Virus record (IMG/VR): IMGVR_UViG_3300037520_000818
Coordinates: 1-28,064 of that record
Strand: one strand, 5' to 3'
Source: a virus
Lineage: Duplodnaviria; Caudoviricetes
DNA length: 28,064 bases
The position numbers were made by a program, and so were the translations under genes. The notes beneath the pieces were generated by a model. It was not told where the DNA came from. It saw only the letters and a program-made list of their open reading frames with translations, and did no database searches. The first letter of the stretch is position 1. Each line of letters starts with the position of its first letter. This document shows positions 19,266 through 26,914 of the stretch, one piece after another.

Positions 19266-19714
19266 AAAAAATCGGAAACAGATTTATGTTGTTTCCAAAA
19301 CTCTATATTTTCAGCACCTTTCTTAAAGTCGTATGTTGTAGGATTGTCTCCTTTCTCAAAGAATACAACAGATGCTAATTTATACATTATATCGGTATCG
19401 CAATACCACTTCATTCTTTCCTTTAATATATCGTGCAACGCTTTTATTTTAAATACGTCTATCTTTTGAGAGCTAAGTATTTTGTCAATTGCTTTGGTGT
19501 GTTGTTCTAAATACTCATACGTTATTTTCATTCTCGCTTCTTCATAGAAAGTAACTGTCTTTAATCCTCTTTGATATGGAATATTAAACGTGTCTTCAAA
19601 TTGGTAAAAAGTTCTGCCTTCAATAGTGAACGCCTCTTTAATAGGATATTTCACATCTTTAGGAAAACGTGTAAACAATGATTTAAATTTGTTTTTTAAT
19701 GCTTTAAATGCCAT
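19130..19714 (-). CDS. Tail assembly chaperone (gpG-like, 194 aa)
   Basis: Upstream of the tape measure gene. Carries the slippery sequence GAT TTT TTT TAC. Confidence 0.75.
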   Translation of the reverse strand: MAFKALKNKFKSLFTRFPKDVKYPIKEAFTIEGRTFYQFEDTFNIPYQRGLKTVTFYEEARMKITYEYLEQHTKAIDKILSSQKIDVFKIKALHDILKERMKWYCDTDIMYKLASVVFFEKGDNPTTYDFKKGAENIEFWKQHKSVSDFFYQVPLLQLFPFLTELEVNLEIYSEITKALTKQHSDLVTSILSEK

Positions 19715-19919
19715 ATTCGACTATTTTTTCTTTTAATTTACTCAATGGATAAGTTCCTACCGTTCTATTGTCTTTAAATATTCTTACCTGTCCCTTTGTT
19801 GGATATATCCAATACTTGTTGGCTGGATATTCTATGTTCTCGTATCTGTATTGCAATGAACCGCCACACCTACACGTTTTATAATGCTTAAATCCTTCTA
19901 ATGGCTCTGATTTACTCAT
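19704..19919 (-). CDS. Hypothetical protein (71 aa, TCRCGG motif); likely start ATG 19919
   Basis: The ATG at 19919 overlaps the end of the upstream gene. The longer start in the ORF track would overlap it by 62 nt. Confidence 0.65.
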   Translation of the reverse strand: MSKSEPLEGFKHYKTCRCGGSLQYRYENIEYPANKYWIYPTKGQVRIFKDNRTVGTYPLSKLKEKIVEYGI

Positions 19920-20193
19920 TTTCAGGAAGTTTAGTGTTATCAAAGAATTGCAATACACTTGCAATAATCGCATTTATGCCACACACTATCAACATTGATT
20001 TAATATCTATTTTCCACAATATAATGCAAGTCCAAAAAGAAGCCATACATGGTAAGCAATCGTATAAGGGCTTTATAATCCATTGTAATTTAACTAAATA
20101 TTTTTCAATTCGCAAACTTTCAAATATCATTCCTTCTAAAAAGCATACGTGAATACCTACACAAATTAAACTTATCTCTATTAGTTGCAACAT
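19912..20193 (-). CDS. Small membrane protein with CxxC motif (DUF1360-like, 93 aa)
   Basis: Two to three hydrophobic helices and a KPLYDCLPCMASFW motif. Confidence 0.65.
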   Translation of the reverse strand: MLQLIEISLICVGIHVCFLEGMIFESLRIEKYLVKLQWIIKPLYDCLPCMASFWTCIILWKIDIKSMLIVCGINAIIASVLQFFDNTKLPENE

Positions 20194-20519
20194 AATTCAA
20201 TTTCCGTTTCTGTTGTATCTTTTGGAATGAATTTAAAAACTATCTGTTTATACTCGGTATCGCAATTGCCTAATACTTGTAAATCACATACATCGAATAA
20301 CTCAAATAGCAATAATGAATATTCTGTTATTAATCCTTCAGGGTAATCCGTTAAGTCTATTGTAAAGTCAGCACCATAAACAGTTATTTCACGTTCATAT
20401 TGTTTACCGAACTTGTCAGTAATGACAGATTTATAAACACCGTTATCTAATGTAGTCGGTACTATAACCGATTCTGAACATAGCGGAACCTCTACATTCC
20501 AAACACAAATACAACTCAT
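20181..20519 (-). CDS. Hypothetical acidic Cys-rich protein (112 aa); likely start ATG 20519
   Basis: MSCICVW...ELCCN. The ATG lies 15 nt after a TAAATTTG promoter, with an A-rich leader. Confidence 0.7.
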   Translation of the reverse strand: MSCICVWNVEVPLCSESVIVPTTLDNGVYKSVITDKFGKQYEREITVYGADFTIDLTDYPEGLITEYSLLLFELFDVCDLQVLGNCDTEYKQIVFKFIPKDTTETEIELCCN

Positions 20520-20534
20520 TTTATCTATTTTAGA

Positions 20535-20562
20535 CAAATTTAATAAAAAAATTACATATTGC
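20535..20562 (-). promoter_or_regulatory. Bacteroidota-type -7 promoter (TAAATTTG) overlapping the terL stop, ahead of the chaperone-tape measure genes
   Basis: TAnnTTTG at 20535-20542. Shares TTTTTATTAAATTTG with the 14429 promoter. Confidence 0.7.
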
Positions 20563-21859
20563 GTATAAAATCTGACATAAATATATTTAACCAATATCGG
20601 AACGTGTCTAATGCATCTGCCTGTTGTGCAGGGTCTTTCCTGTCTGTCTTCTTAATAGTTCCATCGGGTAATATTTCAACGTGTTTCATATCAAATATCA
20701 ATTCTTTAGCACCTTCAGGGTCAAAGTAACAAGGGTAATGCTCCAAAACAGCGTTAACTAATACTCTGTTTGTCTTTAACGGTGGATTTGGCACTAAGTA
20801 CATATCTTTTGACGGTATGCTTAATTTTTGCTGTATAATATCGTAGTTATGATAATTATCCTCGTTTAAAGTCCCACGTGTTTTACCTGAATAGTCACCT
20901 GTTACATAGTAAAGTGGTGCAGGGTAATTCAATCGTATATACTCGCATAATTCGTATGTATTAGCGTTCATTAGCTTAATTACTATTGGAACGTGTATTG
21001 CGCCATCATATTGCTGAATAATAGTACAACAAAATGGATTCCTATTAAAGTCAAATGATAGGTAAGTAATTTGTGTAGGGTCGTATTTCGTTTCTTTGAT
21101 ATGTTTTTCTTCTTTAAAAGTATAAACGAACTTAGCATCCGTATCATAGTTAGTCCAGTCACCTTCAATCATTATCTTACGTGACCGTTCATCTAAGTTT
21201 TCCCACGCTGACCATTGGTCATTAGTTACGAATGGATTATCTATTGGACTTGCATTGATATAGTGGAACGGTGCTTTTAAAGTTCTTTTTTGATACGGCA
21301 CATATATAAAATCTTTTACCCATGTTTGAGTAGGATTAAATGAACTGAAAATAAACGGTGGTGGCATTCTTAGTACATAATGTGAACCTGAACGCTCTAA
21401 TGCCCTATACCACATCTTTTGACTTAGCTCCTCTATTTGTTCTAAAAAGAAACCGTTGCATTCTAAACCTAAAAAGTCATTTAATTCAGGGTCGCTTGTT
21501 ATATTTTCGCCTTTAAATATAATTTTTGAACCGTTTTTATGCTTTACGAAACAGTTAGACTTATCTCGTGACCATTTCCAATTTGCTGAAGTTCCTAATA
21601 TTTTCTCGATTGAAGGTATAGTGGTTGTTGTAAGTGCTGGCATATCAGAACGCACCACAACCCATTTAGAGTTAGGAAACATCTTACATAGTATAGTTAA
21701 AATTGTAAGAATGCAGAAGGTTTTACCTCCACGAATAGCACCACCGTAAAAGAAGTATTTGTTGTATTCTAAATCGTTTTCTTTATTACGTATAGCATAC
21801 ATAACTTCATTAAAAAGTTCCTTTTGCTTTTCGTTTTTCGACAAGTCAACTGTTATCAT
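20552..21859 (-). CDS. terL: Terminase large subunit (435 aa)
   Basis: Walker A GGAIRGGKT, Walker B region GFFLEQIEE, coupling motif SSFNP, RNase H-like nuclease motifs SFDFN, TGDYSG and DALDTFRY. Confidence 0.95.
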   Translation of the reverse strand: MITVDLSKNEKQKELFNEVMYAIRNKENDLEYNKYFFYGGAIRGGKTFCILTILTILCKMFPNSKWVVVRSDMPALTTTTIPSIEKILGTSANWKWSRDKSNCFVKHKNGSKIIFKGENITSDPELNDFLGLECNGFFLEQIEELSQKMWYRALERSGSHYVLRMPPPFIFSSFNPTQTWVKDFIYVPYQKRTLKAPFHYINASPIDNPFVTNDQWSAWENLDERSRKIMIEGDWTNYDTDAKFVYTFKEEKHIKETKYDPTQITYLSFDFNRNPFCCTIIQQYDGAIHVPIVIKLMNANTYELCEYIRLNYPAPLYYVTGDYSGKTRGTLNEDNYHNYDIIQQKLSIPSKDMYLVPNPPLKTNRVLVNAVLEHYPCYFDPEGAKELIFDMKHVEILPDGTIKKTDRKDPAQQADALDTFRYWLNIFMSDFIRNM

Positions 21860-22278
21860 AGTTCAAATTCAGTACCGTCTGGCAGTTTGCCTTTTACCTT
21901 ATCAGTTACAATTAGTTCCGTTTCTGTCTTTATAGTTGGATACACACCAAAACGCTTATAATAAATATCAATTGCTCTTATGTCACCTTTCTTTATTCCA
22001 TTACTTAAATATGCATCAACTTCAATAGTACTTAAAACGTTATTTAAAGCCTTTTTAACCGTTTCATCTGATTTGGCTTGTAATACCATATCTGCATCCT
22101 GTTTCTTTAAATTTGATATGTATTCAGCGTATTTAGATGATAACTGCGAACCCTTTACCCTACATACTGCGTCTGTTACCTCTTTACTACCTATTGTTAC
22201 CCTATATGCCTTATCTTGGTTTTCGCCTTTAGAAACCAATGAACAAAATTCTATATGTTTTATATTGGTAGGATTCAT
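21856..22278 (-). CDS. terS: Terminase small subunit (140 aa)
   Basis: ATGA-coupled to terL. N-terminal KH..FC....G.NQ.KAY HTH-type pattern. Confidence 0.75.
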   Translation of the reverse strand: MNPTNIKHIEFCSLVSKGENQDKAYRVTIGSKEVTDAVCRVKGSQLSSKYAEYISNLKKQDADMVLQAKSDETVKKALNNVLSTIEVDAYLSNGIKKGDIRAIDIYYKRFGVYPTIKTETELIVTDKVKGKLPDGTEFEL

Positions 22279-22571
22279 TGGTCAGTTCTATACATTTGAA
22301 AATAATTACCTTCATCCTCTATCTCATACATTCCTAAAATCTCATCACTATTAGGCATCTTTGCCGTTACTGTTGCACCGCCACTTAATCTATTAATTGT
22401 GTATGTCTTTTTATCATCAATAGTTGCGTGTCGTATTCTTAAATTTACTTTGTCAATCACTATATTATTTGAATCCAATATTAATAATGCTTCTTTGTTA
22501 AAATAAAAATTAAGTATTGAATCATAGTGCTGGCTTTCATGGCGTGATATTTTTACCGTTGCTACTTTCAT
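22275..22571 (-). CDS. Hypothetical protein (98 aa)
   Basis: ATGA-coupled on both sides. Confidence 0.7.
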   Translation of the reverse strand: MKVATVKISRHESQHYDSILNFYFNKEALLILDSNNIVIDKVNLRIRHATIDDKKTYTINRLSGGATVTAKMPNSDEILGMYEIEDEGNYFQMYRTDQ

Positions 22572-22885
22572 AAAACGTCTTTAAGTTTATTTATGTTTGC
22601 TTTAACATCATCATAAGTCTTTATTTCAAATATCCATTTTTCTTTCCTTTGCGTGTAGTTTGATATAGATAACCCCATTATATCAGACATATCTTTACAT
22701 GTAAGATAAGGATATTTTTCTTTTAAAAAGTGATATGCGTATATGTTTTCAGGTTCAATTTCTTTATTAATGCAAAGTGCTTTTATCTCATATAGATAAT
22801 TCCGATATTCATCTAATGATTTAGGGCGTATAGTTACCTTAAAGTTTTTTGATAGTTCCTGTATTATGTCGCTTAGTTCACTCAT
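22568..22885 (-). CDS. Hypothetical protein (105 aa), possible DnaA-C/TrpR-like HTH DNA-binding domain
   Basis: AYHFLKEKYPYLTCKDMSDIMGLSISNY resembles a helix-turn-helix. Coupled ORF. Confidence 0.5.
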   Translation of the reverse strand: MSELSDIIQELSKNFKVTIRPKSLDEYRNYLYEIKALCINKEIEPENIYAYHFLKEKYPYLTCKDMSDIMGLSISNYTQRKEKWIFEIKTYDDVKANINKLKDVL

Positions 22886-23106
22886 TTTATAACTTGCATT
22901 TCTTGAACAAAAAATCTTATATTTTGTGATGTTCCATTTAACAATGTATCACCTGAATGAACATAAACATTACCTAATTTATTAAATGTATATTCAGGAT
23001 AGTTTTTATATAATATTTCTTTTGAATTATTTAAATCATCAATTGAAGACCCTGTTAACTTTATAAAAGTTCCGTCTTTTGTATCTATAAATCTATTGTA
23101 AAACAT
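22882..23106 (-). CDS. Hypothetical protein (74 aa)
   Basis: ATG ORF overlapping both neighbours. Confidence 0.65.
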   Translation of the reverse strand: MFYNRFIDTKDGTFIKLTGSSIDDLNNSKEILYKNYPEYTFNKLGNVYVHSGDTLLNGTSQNIRFFVQEMQVIK

Positions 23107-23750
23107 TTAATTTCTTCTTTTAACCATTCATAATTCATTTCACGTCCGTTTATATCTGAATAACCGCCTTTCTGCCAAGCTATTGGTTTATTTAAAACAT
23201 AAAAATAATTAAATTTTTGCAAAATTGCAAAATAACAATCCACAGGCTGATTAAAACTAACATCTAAACAAAGATTTCCACATTCAGTACCTGAGAATAT
23301 ACTAAGTGACATAATTAATTCATCACATGCATTTGATTTTACATTAATGAGATACGCATGAGTTGTTAAAGTCCTAACACATCTCGAAATTTTATCATTC
23401 ACTTTTATTGGTTGTTCCCTATGTGTTCCGCTTAAATAACATAAATCCCAGTTATTTGGTAATTGTAAATTGGTAATTATTTGCAAAAAATCATTTGATA
23501 ACTCGCAATCATCCTCTAATACCAAACAATTGCTTAAACCCATTATTTTCGCTCTTTCTAAAACTTGACCATGCGAAGCCGTACAACCTACATTTAAATT
23601 ATCTGATTCGTATTTTGCTTTTATATTTTTTCCATTTACACCGTTAAAGACTTCATATTTGAGTCCAAAGCTATCCAATTGCGATGTAATTAGATTTAGC
23701 CTATCTTTGCGATGTGGCAATGTTATTATAAAAATGTGTTCTAACTGCAT
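23085..23750 (-). CDS. Glycosyltransferase family 25 (Lex2B/LgtB-like, 221 aa)
   Basis: IITLPHRKDR, F.GVNG, VGCTASH, LVLEDDC, WDLCYL, TTHAYLI and PVD are the GT25 motif series. Confidence 0.9.
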   Translation of the reverse strand: MQLEHIFIITLPHRKDRLNLITSQLDSFGLKYEVFNGVNGKNIKAKYESDNLNVGCTASHGQVLERAKIMGLSNCLVLEDDCELSNDFLQIITNLQLPNNWDLCYLSGTHREQPIKVNDKISRCVRTLTTHAYLINVKSNACDELIMSLSIFSGTECGNLCLDVSFNQPVDCYFAILQKFNYFYVLNKPIAWQKGGYSDINGREMNYEWLKEEIKCFTIDL

Positions 23751-23929
23751 ATCAAATCAATTTCAAACCATGCATTACTACGTCTTCGACATTCTGCTTG
23801 TATTCCATGTCTTAAAAACATCATTTTTTGTTTTATTGTAAGGCTTCGTGCTGAATAGTAGTTAAGTATTTTTTTGTTAACACTTTGTTTTACAGCCTTA
23901 ATTAGCGGTTTTATCTGGTCTGTATTCAT
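23741..23929 (-). CDS. Hypothetical basic protein (62 aa); likely start ATG 23929
   Basis: The ATG is 3 nt after TATATTTG. The TTG start in the ORF track lies inside the promoter element. Confidence 0.6.
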   Translation of the reverse strand: MNTDQIKPLIKAVKQSVNKKILNYYSARSLTIKQKMMFLRHGIQAECRRRSNAWFEIDLICS

Positions 23930-23932
23930 AGT

Positions 23933-23940
23933 CAAATATA
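23933..23940 (-). promoter_or_regulatory. -7 promoter element TATATTTG ahead of the GT25-terS-terL genes
   Basis: TAnnTTTG in an AT-rich intergenic gap. No clear -33 TTTG at canonical spacing. Confidence 0.6.
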
Positions 23941-23983
23941 GTTATTTTTATTTAAAAAAAAAATACAACTTATTTTATTACTG

Positions 23984-24006
23984 TTATTTAGAACCATTCT
24001 AAATAA
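23984..24006. promoter_or_regulatory. Perfect 10-3-10 palindromic operator, Fur-box-like
   Basis: TTATTTAGAA-CCA-TTCTAAATAA. Confidence 0.7.
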
Positions 24007-24066
24007 ACTAAAAATAGAAAGAATATAAATAATCTACACTTTCATTTTTTCTATTGTACTCATAGC

Positions 24067-25791
24067 TTAAAATATATCAAATTCTTCTTCTTTTGGTTTT
24101 CCTTTTACATACTCTATCATTTCATCTAATAGGCTTTTTGGTTTTATCCAGCTTCTATTATCCAAAATATCAACGTAATACCTTTTACTTTTTAAATCAT
24201 AATCAAATTCAGCACATCCTTCTGTTCCCCAATGGTCAAACTTAATTTTTTGAACGTGCACGTAACTTTTGTTAGTTTCAAAATCTCTATATACGCAAAT
24301 TCCGTTATCTGCCTTATTGTAAAAGTTTGCAGAACCTGCTATATCATACAATGTAGGTACTTCATATTTACCTGTACTTAAATTCTTTTTAATCTTAGTA
24401 GGATGTGCTACTAAAAAACAATGAACGTTATTTAATTCACAGAACGTTACAATTTCATCTAAGCATTTTCCTATATAGCTTGTTTTATCATCTGCATGTT
24501 CTATCTTATTCCATGCATCAATGACAAAATATTCAAGTCCGTAACGATGTTTGGTAAGTGCTATCTGTTTTAAAATTGAAGTCAAACTAAAATCCTTTTC
24601 AGGTTTTAAAAACCATACAAATTTATTTAAGTATTCTTTAATTTCGTTTACTTCATCTAATGTTATTCTATTTTGACCGTCCCAATGTTTTCCGCTTATC
24701 TTTCTTACTAATTTACTGAAGTGCAATTGTGTTGGTCTATTTTCAGGTGAATAAAAACAACCTCTCCAATTATGAAGTATTCGTAACTGTAAACATAGAT
24801 AATCCAAAAAATCCGATTTACCATGTGAAGGTATTCCTGTAATCACAGTTAAATATCCTTTTACAATATTCAAATTAAAATTTTGTATTTCGACATTTAC
24901 ACCTTTGTCTAAACCATGAAAATACATATCGTCAATTTCATTACTAACATCGGATATTGTGTAAACTCCGTCTAATGGAAAGTATTGTGCTAATGATTGT
25001 ACGGTTATTACTGAATTTAAGCCGTATTTAATCAAATATTCGTTTGCATCCTTGCAATCTTCTATCTCTATAAATTTACAGCGTTCAAATCCTAAACGTT
25101 CCGCTAAATCGTATTTTAGTTTCCGCCCTGCAATGTCGTTATCTAACCATAAAAGTATTTCAGTCTTATTTTCAAAGTACTCATAGCAGTTATCTAAATA
25201 CTGAAGATTATTAGTATTTAAAGTTGCACCGTTTGGAACGGAAATAACGTTATCAATTCCAGATTCAATTAAACTTAACGCATCCATTTCACCTTCAACT
25301 ATAAAACAGCTTTCTGAATTTTTAATGCCGTCTAAATTGTAAAATATTAATTCAGCATCTTTGAATAGTTTAAATTGCTTTACTGCATTTCGGTATTTTA
25401 TGTTAACTAATTCGTTATCTCGGAAATAATTAAACTGTATTACATTTTCATCTTTCTGTGATTGTGGCATCCATTCTTTGCCATCCGTAATTCGAGCCTT
25501 TAATAATGTCTTTTGCGAAATACTGCGAGTTTCAAACCATTTAACTACCTTTTCAGATAATTCTGTTTTATTTTTCCATTCAGGTTTTTTGTATTCTATC
25601 TTTTGCATCTCATTCTTTAAAAATCCACTCCAATTACAGTGATTACATCTCCACACTTTCTTATCCAAATTTACACCTAAACACTTATCTTTTGACTTTT
25701 TACGATTGTGTGAACATTTCGGACAAGTTGTGGTTATTTCACCTGATATCTTTCCGTATGGTATCTGTATTCCAAAATCTGCGTAATTCAT
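24067..25791 (-). CDS. Bifunctional DNA primase-helicase (T7 gp4/Twinkle-like, 574 aa)
   Basis: N-terminal CPKC...CNHC Zn finger, TOPRIM motifs (IVEGEMDALS, LDNDIAG, KDANE), SF4 helicase motifs (TGIPSHGKS, VIDAW, LVAHP, DIAGS). Confidence 0.95.
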   Translation of the reverse strand: MNYADFGIQIPYGKISGEITTTCPKCSHNRKKSKDKCLGVNLDKKVWRCNHCNWSGFLKNEMQKIEYKKPEWKNKTELSEKVVKWFETRSISQKTLLKARITDGKEWMPQSQKDENVIQFNYFRDNELVNIKYRNAVKQFKLFKDAELIFYNLDGIKNSESCFIVEGEMDALSLIESGIDNVISVPNGATLNTNNLQYLDNCYEYFENKTEILLWLDNDIAGRKLKYDLAERLGFERCKFIEIEDCKDANEYLIKYGLNSVITVQSLAQYFPLDGVYTISDVSNEIDDMYFHGLDKGVNVEIQNFNLNIVKGYLTVITGIPSHGKSDFLDYLCLQLRILHNWRGCFYSPENRPTQLHFSKLVRKISGKHWDGQNRITLDEVNEIKEYLNKFVWFLKPEKDFSLTSILKQIALTKHRYGLEYFVIDAWNKIEHADDKTSYIGKCLDEIVTFCELNNVHCFLVAHPTKIKKNLSTGKYEVPTLYDIAGSANFYNKADNGICVYRDFETNKSYVHVQKIKFDHWGTEGCAEFDYDLKSKRYYVDILDNRSWIKPKSLLDEMIEYVKGKPKEEEFDIF

Positions 25792-26438
25792 TATCTTACA
25801 AGTTTAGGCTTAGGTGGATTAATTGTTTTTTCTATTTCAGTTATATGCCTACGAAAACTATTTGTAACATGTTTGTAATCGTTAAAACTACTACCATTTA
25901 AAAACCTTTGTCTAAATGATTGAATAATCTGTGGTGACTTTGCAGATAAATTTAACTTCATTAATTCAGCCTCAAATATTGCTCTTTGGTTTTTTAGATA
26001 CCAATCAACTATATTTCCTTTTTCGATTTTTCCGTTTATAATGTAGTAATCATAATCTTTATCTATAACTATAACATTATCTGTATCTATATCATTATCT
26101 ATATCGGTTGATTTCGTTGAGGTATGTTGAGTATTTTCAACATCCGTTAACGTTTGTTGAAGTTCGTTAAGCTTTTTAACACGTTTTGCCTCTGCTGAAG
26201 CCTTACCTGCATCTGAATTTTTACCAACCTTATCAATGTATTTAACTAAATCACGTTTTAATTGGTGTTTTATAGGTTCAAATCCTATCTGCGTAATTCT
26301 ATCAGGCATTTCAGGATTAAGGTCGTTAACATACCTAAAAACATGTTTAATTAATCTACCAGCTTCTTCATCTGTTAATGTTTCAAACAAATGTATTTGG
26401 TCTACATATAGTAAAAATGATTTTTTATCCTTTGCCAT
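25791..26438 (-). CDS. Putative replication initiator (DUF6291-like N-terminus, 215 aa); likely start ATG 26438
   Basis: KKSFLLYVD...LTDEEAGRLIK..F.Y N-terminus, NSDAGKASAEAKR, low-complexity linker carrying DNA repeats. Coupled to the primase-helicase. Confidence 0.7.
   Translation of the reverse strand: MAKDKKSFLLYVDQIHLFETLTDEEAGRLIKHVFRYVNDLNPEMPDRITQIGFEPIKHQLKRDLVKYIDKVGKNSDAGKASAEAKRVKKLNELQQTLTDVENTQHTSTKSTDIDNDIDTDNVIVIDKDYDYYIINGKIEKGNIVDWYLKNQRAIFEAELMKLNLSAKSPQIIQSFRQRFLNGSSFNDYKHVTNSFRRHITEIEKTINPPKPKLVR
26107..26180. repeat. Helically phased GTTRA/TYAAC repeats (putative iterons, replication origin)
   Basis: GTTRA at 26107, 26116, 26126, 26146, 26156 and 26166. Inverted copies at 26137 and 26176. 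Confidence 0.65.
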
Positions 26439-26811
26439 TTGTTTTAATTTTATTAAGATAATTACTAACAAGCGTTAACTCATAAGGGTCAAATGATTTT
26501 ATAGTTTCCAATATTGATTCTAACTCAAAAATGTAGTCAGTAATAACAAAATTATCATCAATAATATTTTTAATATTTCTTTTTGATTCAGTTATGTCTT
26601 TATGGCAATCAATACATAATGTTATAAAAACAGAATCATCATAATCCCATATTTCATTGCCAAAGATATATTTTTTATGATGAACATTAAGTTCTGTGTC
26701 ATCATCAAAGCAACATTGACAAGTAAAATTATCACGTTGTAAAATTTCCAAACGTTTCTTTTGCCATTTAGGATGTCGTAATTTTTCAGAATAAGAAGTG
26801 CTATTTGCCAT
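26425..26811 (-). CDS. HNH endonuclease (McrA-like, 128 aa)
   Basis: KWQKKRLEILQRDNFTCQCC...LNVHH..Y...ITLCIDCH. Confidence 0.9.
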   Translation of the reverse strand: MANSTSYSEKLRHPKWQKKRLEILQRDNFTCQCCFDDDTELNVHHKKYIFGNEIWDYDDSVFITLCIDCHKDITESKRNIKNIIDDNFVITDYIFELESILETIKSFDPYELTLVSNYLNKIKTNGKG

Positions 26812-26914
26812 AAAAGAGAATTAAAAAACCGTATCGGTTATCAGTTGGAACGGGTGTAAAGCAACCCTCTGATTTTCCGATACGGTAGTATGTTAAAAAT
26901 GTATTTTCTCTCAT
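26801..26914 (-). CDS. Possible leader peptide (37 aa, MRENTFLTYYRIGKSEGCFTPVPTDNRYGFLILFYGK) spanning the attenuator hairpin
   Basis: Read by hand: ATG 26914 to TAG 26801, overlapping the HNH start by 11 nt. Confidence 0.35.
   Translation of the reverse strand: MRENTFLTYYRIGKSEGCFTPVPTDNRYGFLILFYGK

Noticed and set aside
24034-24063. Nine-codon ORF MSTIEKMKV after the primase-helicase
   Set aside because: Too short to support, and expected by chance.
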